A model generated the notes under the pieces. That model searched no databases. It saw nothing but the letters and a program-made list of their open reading frames with translations, and was not told the origin of the DNA. Below, piece by piece: positions 33,275 through 41,049 of a stretch of 56,689 bases of DNA. Numbering within the stretch: the first letter of the stretch is position 1; each line of letters opens with the position of its first letter. Origin of the DNA: an uncultured Candidatus Saccharibacteria bacterium (GTDB lineage: Bacteria > Patescibacteriota > Minisyncoccia > UBA6257 > CAYRSR01); NCBI GenBank assembly GCA_964427275.1, contig CAYRSR010000005.1, positions 1 through 56,689 on the forward strand, written 5' to 3'. A program made the translations under genes and the position numbers.

Positions 33275-33547
33275 CTAGAAACCTTTTCTTATTTTTCTTC
33301 TCATTGGTCTGGCTTCAGCTACTTTAATATTTCTTCCTTCAAATTCTTTTCCATCAAACATCTCAATAGCTTTTTTAGCTTCTTGTTCTGTAGACATTTC
33401 TACAAACCCAAATCCTCTTGACCGCCCAGAAAACTTATCTTTGATAATACTTACTGAACTTACCATACCAGCTTTGGAAAATAGTTCTTTGAGAGTATCT
33501 TCTGTAGTTTGATAAGAAAGACCTCCCACATAAAGTCTTTTTTCCAT
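33275..33547 (-). CDS. RRM-domain RNA-binding protein
   Basis: RNP-2 LYVGGL and RNP-1 RGFGFVEM. Confidence 0.95.
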   Translation of the reverse strand: MEKRLYVGGLSYQTTEDTLKELFSKAGMVSSVSIIKDKFSGRSRGFGFVEMSTEQEAKKAIEMFDGKEFEGRNIKVAEARPMRRKIRKGF

Positions 33548-33679
33548 TCTAGTAGTAAAATAAATTAGTTAATTTATCTGCTCCAACTCTCTTATTGCTA
33601 AGATCTAAAGAGCACGACCTTTCAGCAAAACTGCCAATTTTAATTTTAAAATACTATACTTTGATGTCAATGACTTAAA

Positions 33680-34129
33680 CTAAATTGTATCCAATTTACC
33701 ATTCAAAATAATTGGCTGCATTGCTTTAATTTCAGTTCGATAAGGAACGTCAGGAATTGGATTTAGTAAAAATATTTTTTTTCCCAACACATAAGCAAAA
33801 CCCATTTCTAAAAAAGTATTTCCACCAATATAGTTTTTAACTCCATCTTTATCCAGATTCACAACTAATATCGCATCAGCTTTCTTTATTTTATTAAAAT
33901 AATACTTTAAAACATCTAGCTTTATAGCTCTTTTAAAAATTTCTCCAGTTTTCTTTTCGTTCAAAATCTGTTTTAAGCTCACCTTGCCGTTTAAAATCAT
34001 TTTAGAAACCTTAGGTATAGTTACTTGATGACCTAAATTTCTGAGTTTGATAGCTATCTTTTCAATTTGATAAGTAAAATCTAAACTACCGCAAATAACA
34101 ATCTTCATAAATCTATTGTAGGTATCCAA
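33680..34129 (-). CDS. Nucleoside 2-deoxyribosyltransferase-like hypothetical protein (start probably ATG 34108)
   Basis: KIVICGS, IKKADAILVVN, YIGGNTFLEMGFA, Rossmann-like pattern. Confidence 0.5.
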   Translation of the reverse strand: MDTYNRFMKIVICGSLDFTYQIEKIAIKLRNLGHQVTIPKVSKMILNGKVSLKQILNEKKTGEIFKRAIKLDVLKYYFNKIKKADAILVVNLDKDGVKNYIGGNTFLEMGFAYVLGKKIFLLNPIPDVPYRTEIKAMQPIILNGKLDTI

Positions 34130-34805
34130 TTACTGCTAGTTGGACTAAAAGCTTTTTATCCCGACGATAGGAAAAATATTTGTTTTTGCAACTGTAGGTA
34201 CAAACTGGACTTACTTCAATGTTATGACTTTTCAATCTTGAATTTATTAACTGAATTCTGGCTATTTTCTTTAGATCTAAAAAGACTTGTTTACCTTTAA
34301 ACATTAAAGCTGCCCCATATTTTTTAAACTTATTATAAACATCTGATTTTACTTCAAAATGATTTTGGCATATTCCTGGCCCAATTCCAGCTAAAATATT
34401 CTCTGGATTAGTTTTAAATTCCCGAATCATTTTAGCTACTGCCTTGGATAGAATATTTCTGGCTAATCCTCTCCAGCCACAGTGAATTAGTCCAACTGCT
34501 TTATTTTCTAAATCAAATAAAAAAACCGGCAGACAGTCGGCTACAGTTATGCCTAAAAAGGTATTTTTTGATTTAGTTAATAAACCATCAACTCCAGGAA
34601 TAACTTCACCTCTATCTTTTTTAAATACAATTGAAATTTTGGACTGGTGAACTAATTGAGCAAGTACCAAATTTTTTGGAGAAATCTTTAATTTCTTTAA
34701 AAATCTATTCCTATTTTCAAAAAAATTAGAATTCATTGCCCCATCAGCTTTGGTAGATAAGCCTAAAACCAAACCGGGAAATTTTTGAAAAATAGAAAAC
34801 ACCAT
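34113..34805 (-). CDS. pgeF: YfiH/PgeF family protein (purine nucleoside phosphorylase/polyphenol oxidase-like)
   Basis: QLVHQ, DGLLT, TVADCLPV, HCGWRG, IGPGIC, FSYRR. Confidence 0.9.
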   Translation of the reverse strand: MVFSIFQKFPGLVLGLSTKADGAMNSNFFENRNRFLKKLKISPKNLVLAQLVHQSKISIVFKKDRGEVIPGVDGLLTKSKNTFLGITVADCLPVFLFDLENKAVGLIHCGWRGLARNILSKAVAKMIREFKTNPENILAGIGPGICQNHFEVKSDVYNKFKKYGAALMFKGKQVFLDLKKIARIQLINSRLKSHNIEVSPVCTYSCKNKYFSYRRDKKLLVQLAVIGYLQ

Positions 34806-34819
34806 ATAAAAATGATACT

Positions 34820-34950
34820 AATCAATTTTCAATTATCAATTTTCAATTTTCATTGAATTTTCAATTTTTCAACATCCAACTTCTAACTTTTAACTTTTAA
34901 CTTTTATTTGTAAATTCGTTGATTATTAGCAATTTGTAGATTGGCATAAT
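34820..34950. repeat. Heptamer run plus inverted partial copy of the composite repeat
   Basis: CAATTTT and TAACTTT/CAACTTC units; 34875-34950 is the reverse complement of about 55364-55430. Confidence 0.85.
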
Positions 34951-34970
34951 ATATTTACATTTTACATTTA

Positions 34971-35474
34971 CTATATTTGGTATATTCCATTGTATCCTCG
35001 ATCAGTCTTGGAAATTTTTATGAAAATCAACTGAATAATTCTAGCATTTTGCTTCATTTTAATTGGATTTTCTACTTTTAAGACAAACTCAGATTCTCCA
35101 GAAAATCCAGCATCCCACACTCCCGAAATAGTATAGGCTCCCATCCTTAATAAAGAACTTCGAGGAAAACCAATTCCTATTATATCTAAAGGTAAATTCA
35201 ATCTCTCATTAGTTCTTATCTTATACGCTCCTGGAGAAAGATCCCACCAGCCAAACTTATCCTCAGGATTTTCCTTTTTTGGTAATATTTCTTCAACTTC
35301 GGATAACTTTCTTTGTTTATTAGAAAAATCTAAACTTCCTTCAGTTTCAAATCTAAATATTTTTCCAACAGTTAAATCAAAACCATTAGGAGTAAGTTGA
35401 TAATCCAGATTAATATAATTTTCTATCAGCTTGTTTTTTTCAATTAGGTTCTTAATCTGCTTTTGGTTTAACAT
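34971..35474 (-). CDS. Trimeric dUTPase / dCTP deaminase family protein (archaeal-like dUTPase)
   Basis: PNGFDL, PRSSLLRMG, WDAGFSG, ARIIQLIF, YNGIYQ. Confidence 0.85.
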   Translation of the reverse strand: MLNQKQIKNLIEKNKLIENYINLDYQLTPNGFDLTVGKIFRFETEGSLDFSNKQRKLSEVEEILPKKENPEDKFGWWDLSPGAYKIRTNERLNLPLDIIGIGFPRSSLLRMGAYTISGVWDAGFSGESEFVLKVENPIKMKQNARIIQLIFIKISKTDRGYNGIYQI

Positions 35475-35478
35475 AAAA

Positions 35479-35931
35479 TTATTTACTTCTTTGATAAATC
35501 CCGATTAACTCAGCTTTTTCAATAATACTATTTTTTATAGCTTTTTTTAAATCTTCAAATTTTGCTTTAGGCGATAATTTCAGTTTCTTGTCTAAAGCAT
35601 AAACCTTAAACCTATATCGATGAACTTTTTGGGGAGCTGGGCAAGGACCACAATACCCAATCATATCAAAATCATTAATTCCTTCTACTGCTGGATAGGG
35701 AATAAGTTTTTCTTTAATTCTTACTTTTCTAGCCCATTTTGGAGGAATATTCCAGATTATCCAGTGAATTTTATTTTTAACCGCATCTAAATCCTCCATA
35801 ACTAAAACTAAACTGATAGCTGATTTAGGAATTTCAGTAATAATCAAAGGTGGATTTACGCTCTCTCCATCACAACTATATTTTTTAGGAATTGGCTGTA
35901 AATGATTAAATGCAGAACTTTTAATTTTCAT
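35479..35931 (-). CDS. YbhB/YbcL (PEBP, Raf kinase inhibitor-like) protein
   Basis: CDGESVNPP, DLDA..HW, GYCGPCP, HRYRFKVYALD. Confidence 0.92.
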   Translation of the reverse strand: MKIKSSAFNHLQPIPKKYSCDGESVNPPLIITEIPKSAISLVLVMEDLDAVKNKIHWIIWNIPPKWARKVRIKEKLIPYPAVEGINDFDMIGYCGPCPAPQKVHRYRFKVYALDKKLKLSPKAKFEDLKKAIKNSIIEKAELIGIYQRSK

Positions 35932-36325
35932 AATTGGTTAATTTTTTAAAATCATTGATTATTTTTCGATGGTCAAATCCAATCTTTTTTGGTAGCTTAT
36001 TCAAAGAAAAATATTTAAACTGACTGGCTTCAAAATTTAATTTAATCTTACCACTGATTCTTTTCAGAACATAGGCTATAGAGACACTATGATAACGAGG
36101 ATCTCTGCTTGGGTTTGAATAAACCCCTAAAAGCCTTTTTATTCTAATTTTTATTCCTAACTCTTCTTTTATTTCCCTTACTATTGCTTGTTCAACCGTC
36201 TCTCCATACTTTACCTTCCCACCTGGTAAAACCCAAAAATCTTTAAATGGATAAATCGCTCTCTTTAATAGAATAATTTTTCTATCTTCTATAATCAATC
36301 CATCTACAGACAAAACCGGGCTCAT
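35921..36325 (-). CDS. NUDIX hydrolase
   Basis: Nudix box GGKVKYGETVEQAIVREIKEELG; RDPR; FDH. Confidence 0.93.
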   Translation of the reverse strand: MSPVLSVDGLIIEDRKIILLKRAIYPFKDFWVLPGGKVKYGETVEQAIVREIKEELGIKIRIKRLLGVYSNPSRDPRYHSVSIAYVLKRISGKIKLNFEASQFKYFSLNKLPKKIGFDHRKIINDFKKLTNYEN

Positions 36326-36378
36326 AATTTTATTCTAGTAATTTTCAAATAAAAAACAAATACATTAACATAACCAAT

Positions 36379-36410
36379 GAAAAAGAAAAAGGTGCGGTTT
36401 CCCGCACCTC
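36379..36410 (-). terminator. Rho-independent terminator after pafA-like gene
   Basis: AGGTGCGG-TTTC-CCGCACCT stem followed by a U-tract on the - strand. Confidence 0.8.
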
Positions 36411-36413
36411 ATT

Positions 36414-37742
36414 TTAATCAATTTCTTTAATTGACTCAATTAATTTTTCAAGTTGCTGGTTTTTTGTTTCAAGAGGTTTCAAACTAATTGTCTTATCTAG
36501 TGCACGCCTACGCAAAAATCCCACACAGGCTATTTGATTCCAATCAATAAAAATCACTTGCTTAACTCTAGGATGCTTCAGAATTGTCTTAATTAGTTTA
36601 GCTCTTAGCTTGGCTCGAGTATTAGATGGAGGATTTTTTTCAGCTCTGCTAATTTCAGCATCAATAACCAATCTTCTAATTTTCCCCTGGTTAAGTAACT
36701 TATAATAGATCCCTAATTCAGGATTTAGGAGATGATACAGCCAGGCTAAATTTCGAACCTCTTTACTCCCTAAGCTCAGTCCTCTTTTGGCCTGGTAAGT
36801 TCGAATTAGTTTCTGTTTAATACACCAATCAAGTTCAGTTCCACACAACTCTGGATCAGCAGATAATTTTCTAAGTTTATCTTCCCATTCAATCATCACT
36901 ATCTTTTGCTCTTTAGTTGGTCGAGCTACCTGCTTAAAAAATATCCTAGCTTGATTGTAGTACCATTCCTGTAGATTGATTGCAGTAAATCTTTTTTTAT
37001 TACTCAATCTCACCGTTTTCTTACATTTCGGGTCACTGGAAATTTTCCAGATTGCCCTAACTGGCTTTTGCAAGCTCGGAACTTTCTTCAAAAACCTAGC
37101 TTCAATCATTTGCAAAACAATATCAGTAGTACCAAACTTTAAAAAAGTAGAAACATCAGCTAAGTTCGCATCACCCAGAATCAAATGAAGGCGTCCTGCT
37201 TTTTTAGTGTTAATAATTGCTCTTTGTGCAGTAGTACAATCACCAGTCACCTGGGTAATAAAAGCTGCTCTCTGAGAAATGTGATACTCAAATCTACCAC
37301 CAATTCTCTCAATATTGCCAGCACCGCATAAGATCTGCCGACTTACTAGAAATGGAACTAAACATTTCACCAAATACCAGAACTCAGATGCATACTCCCA
37401 CAAAAATTGAGGCAGAATAGAATAATTTTCGTGAGCTCCAGAGGTGGAATCATCATTTCTGCTACTCTTCAGTATCTGAGCTACTCGTCCTATCTTTTTA
37501 AGCACAATTCTATCACCAGCTCGGTCATAAACTAGTAAATCTCTGATAGTTGCACATTCTGGAGTTGCATATTCTACCAAATCTCGATCCAGGTACAATC
37601 TAGCTCCATTTAGAATGAACTGGCAAACTATTTCTGGATCATCCTTGATAATCTGAACATATTTTGGTGTGTTACCTAAAATTTTTTGTTCTTCCTTTTC
37701 AACTATCCGGTACTCACTTTCTAATCCAAAAATTCTTTTCAT
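36414..37742 (-). CDS. pafA: PafA-like Pup/UBact ligase (divergent)
   Basis: RIFGLESE, NGARLYLD, EYATPEC, DRAG, HENY, SQRA, RLHLILGDAN; no Dop-type loop. Confidence 0.7.
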   Translation of the reverse strand: MKRIFGLESEYRIVEKEEQKILGNTPKYVQIIKDDPEIVCQFILNGARLYLDRDLVEYATPECATIRDLLVYDRAGDRIVLKKIGRVAQILKSSRNDDSTSGAHENYSILPQFLWEYASEFWYLVKCLVPFLVSRQILCGAGNIERIGGRFEYHISQRAAFITQVTGDCTTAQRAIINTKKAGRLHLILGDANLADVSTFLKFGTTDIVLQMIEARFLKKVPSLQKPVRAIWKISSDPKCKKTVRLSNKKRFTAINLQEWYYNQARIFFKQVARPTKEQKIVMIEWEDKLRKLSADPELCGTELDWCIKQKLIRTYQAKRGLSLGSKEVRNLAWLYHLLNPELGIYYKLLNQGKIRRLVIDAEISRAEKNPPSNTRAKLRAKLIKTILKHPRVKQVIFIDWNQIACVGFLRRRALDKTISLKPLETKNQQLEKLIESIKEID

Positions 37743-37801
37743 TTAAATCACCTCCGATTTTGCTAATAAACCATATACTTAAGCTTCAAATAGCCGTGTT
37801 T

Positions 37802-37829
37802 ATACTAACATTTTTTTAAAATAAGTCAA
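37802..37829 (-). promoter_or_regulatory. Promoter of pafA-like gene
   Basis: TTGACT, 16 bp, TAGTAT with upstream TG; GGAGGTGA Shine-Dalgarno before the ATG. Confidence 0.55.
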
Positions 37830-37835
37830 GTAAAG

Positions 37836-37864
37836 TAAAAACCCCGCTAGTTCCTAGCGGGGTT
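37836..37864 (-). terminator. Terminator after pup-like gene
   Basis: AACCCCGCTAG-TTC-CTAGCGGGGTT plus U-tract on the - strand. Confidence 0.85.
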
Positions 37865-37875
37865 AATTTGAAGTA

Positions 37876-38064
37876 TTATTGCCCCTCTTTTTTATCTCTA
37901 TTGCGATATTGCTTTTCTTTAACCTCTTTCACTATCTTATCAATTTCGTCTATATCATCATCTTTCAAAAAATCCTCGTCAAGGGGCTCAAATGGTTTAA
38001 CTGGCTGCTCATGGGGAGGTCTTTCTTCTCTCTTTTGACCATTCAATTTTAAAATTTTAGTCAT
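37876..38064 (-). CDS. Pup/UBact-like small modifier protein (62 aa, C-terminal EGQ)
   Basis: AGGAGG SD before ATG 38064; charged, disorder-prone; DDDIDEIDKIVKE resembles the Pup helix; ends in GQ; inside the proteasome operon. Confidence 0.75.
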   Translation of the reverse strand: MTKILKLNGQKREERPPHEQPVKPFEPLDEDFLKDDDIDEIDKIVKEVKEKQYRNRDKKEGQ

Positions 38065-38068
38065 AATT

Positions 38069-38746
38069 TTACCTCCTCTGAAATTTTTTATCTCTGCTTT
38101 GAATCCCCACCTCAAACCTGATTTCTTGACCTTCCGGAGTTAAAACCTTTTTAAGAATATCAATAGCAGTTTCAATGTCCAGTTCCTCAAATCTTCGATC
38201 AGCCAGATGCTGCTTAATTTTCTGTTCCAGGCTTGAATAAGTCTCATCAGTTCCAGCTAAAACAGCATAAGAACTCTCTATCTGAGTCAATATCCCACTG
38301 GGAGAAACCACAAATATCTTATCCTGCTCTGGAGTTGAATTAACTTCAGCTAGTAAAAACTTTACACAAATAGGGAATCTTTTTGGGTCAATATAAATTT
38401 TCCGAATTAAGCTCCCTAGTACTAAAGCTAAACTGTCAACATGGACATCTTCTTCAGAATACTGAAGAACATGAGTGCTAACCAGCTTAACTGCAATATC
38501 CTGAATTCCCTCCAGACCAGGAATTCTTACTGAACCAACTCCTTTAAAATCAGTAAATTCACCAATTCCTCCAAATACAATCTTGGAAGATACTGGCCAA
38601 ATTTTTTTTCTAGTGCCGGCACTTTCAGTTACCAGTACTAATCCATCTCTGGTTGAAGCTGCTACAATTGGTCTTGATTTACTCAGTTTTTCTCGAATAA
38701 GCTCATCTTTTTGAATTAGCACTTCTCTTAAATTATAGCTGAACAT
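38069..38746 (-). CDS. prcA: 20S proteasome alpha subunit
   Basis: Aligns by eye with actinobacterial PrcA (KIVFGGIGEFTDF, VKFLLAEV, VLAGT, FEVG, FQRR); SD-supported start at 38746. Confidence 0.8.
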   Translation of the reverse strand: MFSYNLREVLIQKDELIREKLSKSRPIVAASTRDGLVLVTESAGTRKKIWPVSSKIVFGGIGEFTDFKGVGSVRIPGLEGIQDIAVKLVSTHVLQYSEEDVHVDSLALVLGSLIRKIYIDPKRFPICVKFLLAEVNSTPEQDKIFVVSPSGILTQIESSYAVLAGTDETYSSLEQKIKQHLADRRFEELDIETAIDILKKVLTPEGQEIRFEVGIQSRDKKFQRR

Positions 38747-39434
38747 TTTTATCACCCTCCTCAATTTTGCTTATTTTTTCTGAATCAATTTCAACTATCT
38801 CATCCTCGATGATATAAACCAGCTTTACTTTTCCAGTCTGAGGGTTTCTCTGATAAGCTAAATTTAAAGCAGCTACTGCAATCTTTACTGCCTGAAATTT
38901 GGATAATTCCTCATTCCAGTTGCTATCCAGATAAGTTAAAGCCTGTTGACTACCGCTACCAACTGCTAAATATTTCACTTCATATCTTGCTCCAAGATAA
39001 TCGTAACCATAAATCTTATTTCTAGACGCATAAATAGGCAGGACTACTATACCGGCAGAAGCTAATGGAGCAAACTTAGCCAGAATTCTAGAAACTAAGT
39101 TAGCCTTTCCTTCAAAGGACAACCGGTGAGTCTGAGTTCGATTGTAAATATCAACCTCAGCTCTAAGAAATCTGATTAACTCCATAGCTGGAGCTACACT
39201 ACCAGCTACTGCAATTACACTATCTTCATCAATCTTAAACAGTTTCTTAAAGTTCTCCGAGCCAATAAGAGTTGGGTTAAAACACATTCGGCAATCTCCA
39301 GCTACTACTACACCATTCTTATATTTCAGAGCTAAAATAGTAGTTCCATGTAAAATATCCCGTTCTTTAACTGACTGTTTACTCAAGCCAGCAAAGCTTC
39401 TCACATATTCCTGGATTTCCTTTTCTAATTTCAT
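38733..39434 (-). CDS. prcB: 20S proteasome beta subunit with propeptide
   Basis: HG|TTILALKY cleavage site with Thr1, AGDCR, K33-equivalent, AVGSGS; SD-supported start at 39434. Confidence 0.9.
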   Translation of the reverse strand: MKLEKEIQEYVRSFAGLSKQSVKERDILHGTTILALKYKNGVVVAGDCRMCFNPTLIGSENFKKLFKIDEDSVIAVAGSVAPAMELIRFLRAEVDIYNRTQTHRLSFEGKANLVSRILAKFAPLASAGIVVLPIYASRNKIYGYDYLGARYEVKYLAVGSGSQQALTYLDSNWNEELSKFQAVKIAVAALNLAYQRNPQTGKVKLVYIIEDEIVEIDSEKISKIEEGDKNVQL

Positions 39435-39439
39435 TTTTT

Positions 39440-40915
39440 TCACCTCCTTAATTCCTGAATTTTTTTCCAAAATTCAGTTTCCTTTTCTTTTCCAACTAGA
39501 GGATTCATTAAATAAATTAACCGATAGTCTCCTATACTTAACCCGCTACTAGCTAAACTTTCCCGATTAAAGCGATACTCAATAATCTCCCAATCCTTTA
39601 CCATCTCTGAAGCATATCCAGCTACCTTTCCTCTAAGATAAGCCCGAGTATTCTCTGGAGGATAAACCATTCGCTGCCTGATTAAGTCTTCACTAACTAT
39701 TTGCTTTATTTTTCCACGCTTTTCTAAAATTAAGTAGAGTCCCTTTTCAGGATTTAGATCATGGTAAGCAATGTCTATTGCTTTCAGTTTACCGCTATTC
39801 AGAGATAGATTATTTCTCTGTCCTATTCTTTTCAGTAAGTATTTTTTGGTTATCCAGTCTAGATACCCAACTAGTGAATCTGGTTGTTTTAACTGATTCA
39901 ATATAAACTGCCAGTGAGCCAAAATTTCTTTTTCTTCCTGGCTAAAGTTACCATACTCTCTAGCTTTATTCAGGTACCAATACTGAATATCCAGAGCAGA
40001 AACCTCTCGTCCGTTTATCGTGCCAATCTTAGCTGCAAAATTTCGAGAAACTTGTTTAATAGCCTTAACCGGATCAATTATTTTCGGAGCTTCTTTGATA
40101 AAGTCATCTTCTAGCATTGACAGAACTATACTGGTAGTTCCAACTCGAAGATATAAACTCCAATCACATAGATTAGCATCTCCTAAAATCAGATGTAACC
40201 TGGCAAACTTTTCTGGATCAGCATGGGGCTCATCTCTAGTATTGATGATATTCCTGTTCGAGGTGGTTGAAGATCCGATAACCCGAGTAATAAAGTCAGC
40301 TCTTTGAGAAACCTGGTAAATTGATTTCATTTTCTCAAAGATATTTCCTCTTTCAATTCCAATCTTCCCAGCTCCACATAAAATCTGACGACTCACTAAA
40401 AATGGAATTAACTTCTTCTGAAAATCTGAATCCATCATTAACCGATTAAAAGCACTCCTTTTTAAAAGATAGTTCTCATGAGAACCCCAGGAGGCACCCT
40501 GTCGATTAGAATTATCTTTCAACACGATTATTCTTTCATTCAATATCTGAGAAACTTTCTCGGCTGCTTTTTGAACCAGCAAGTTTCCAGCTTTGTCTGC
40601 AGCAATCAAATCCTCAACAGTTGCACACTCTGGAGTAGAATACTCCAGATGAGGATAATCTACATAAATTCTAGCTCCGTTTGGCAAAAATAAGCTTCCT
40701 TCTTTAATCTCCTCTTTCCTTCTATTCAACTCTCTTTCTGCTTGAGAAGTTGAGCCTTCCCACTTAAGCTTCTGGTTAGCGCCAATTCTGAAAAAATCCC
40801 GAATCACTTTGAGAAATAAATTGAACTCCTTAATATCAGCCCCCTTATCAGTTCCTTTTTTCTGAGGAACTATTATCGACCATTCAGTTTCAATTCCAAA
40901 AACTCTTTTAATCAT
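39440..40915 (-). CDS. dop: Dop-like deamidase/depupylase
   Basis: RVFGIETE, Trp-containing loop, NGARIYVD, GASWGSHENY, INTRDEPHAD, RLHLILGDAN; SD-supported start at 40915. Confidence 0.8.
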   Translation of the reverse strand: MIKRVFGIETEWSIIVPQKKGTDKGADIKEFNLFLKVIRDFFRIGANQKLKWEGSTSQAERELNRRKEEIKEGSLFLPNGARIYVDYPHLEYSTPECATVEDLIAADKAGNLLVQKAAEKVSQILNERIIVLKDNSNRQGASWGSHENYLLKRSAFNRLMMDSDFQKKLIPFLVSRQILCGAGKIGIERGNIFEKMKSIYQVSQRADFITRVIGSSTTSNRNIINTRDEPHADPEKFARLHLILGDANLCDWSLYLRVGTTSIVLSMLEDDFIKEAPKIIDPVKAIKQVSRNFAAKIGTINGREVSALDIQYWYLNKAREYGNFSQEEKEILAHWQFILNQLKQPDSLVGYLDWITKKYLLKRIGQRNNLSLNSGKLKAIDIAYHDLNPEKGLYLILEKRGKIKQIVSEDLIRQRMVYPPENTRAYLRGKVAGYASEMVKDWEIIEYRFNRESLASSGLSIGDYRLIYLMNPLVGKEKETEFWKKIQELRR

Positions 40916-40968
40916 CTCGAACACCTCCATTCTTTTCTAATCAAAAAGTTTTCAAGTAACCAGCTTAA

Positions 40969-40996
40969 ATAGTACCACTTGTTTTAATTTTGTCAA
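40969..40996 (-). promoter_or_regulatory. Promoter of dop-prcB-prcA-pup
   Basis: TTGACA, 16 bp, TACTAT with extended TG. Confidence 0.6.
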
Positions 40997-41005
40997 GCCT
41001 TAAAA

Positions 41006-41038
41006 CTAAAAATCCCGCCACTTGAACATGGCGGGATT
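41006..41038 (-). terminator. Terminator after arc
   Basis: AATCCCGCCA...TGGCGGGATT 10-bp stem plus U-tract on the - strand. Confidence 0.85.
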
Positions 41039-41049
41039 AATTTTAAAAA

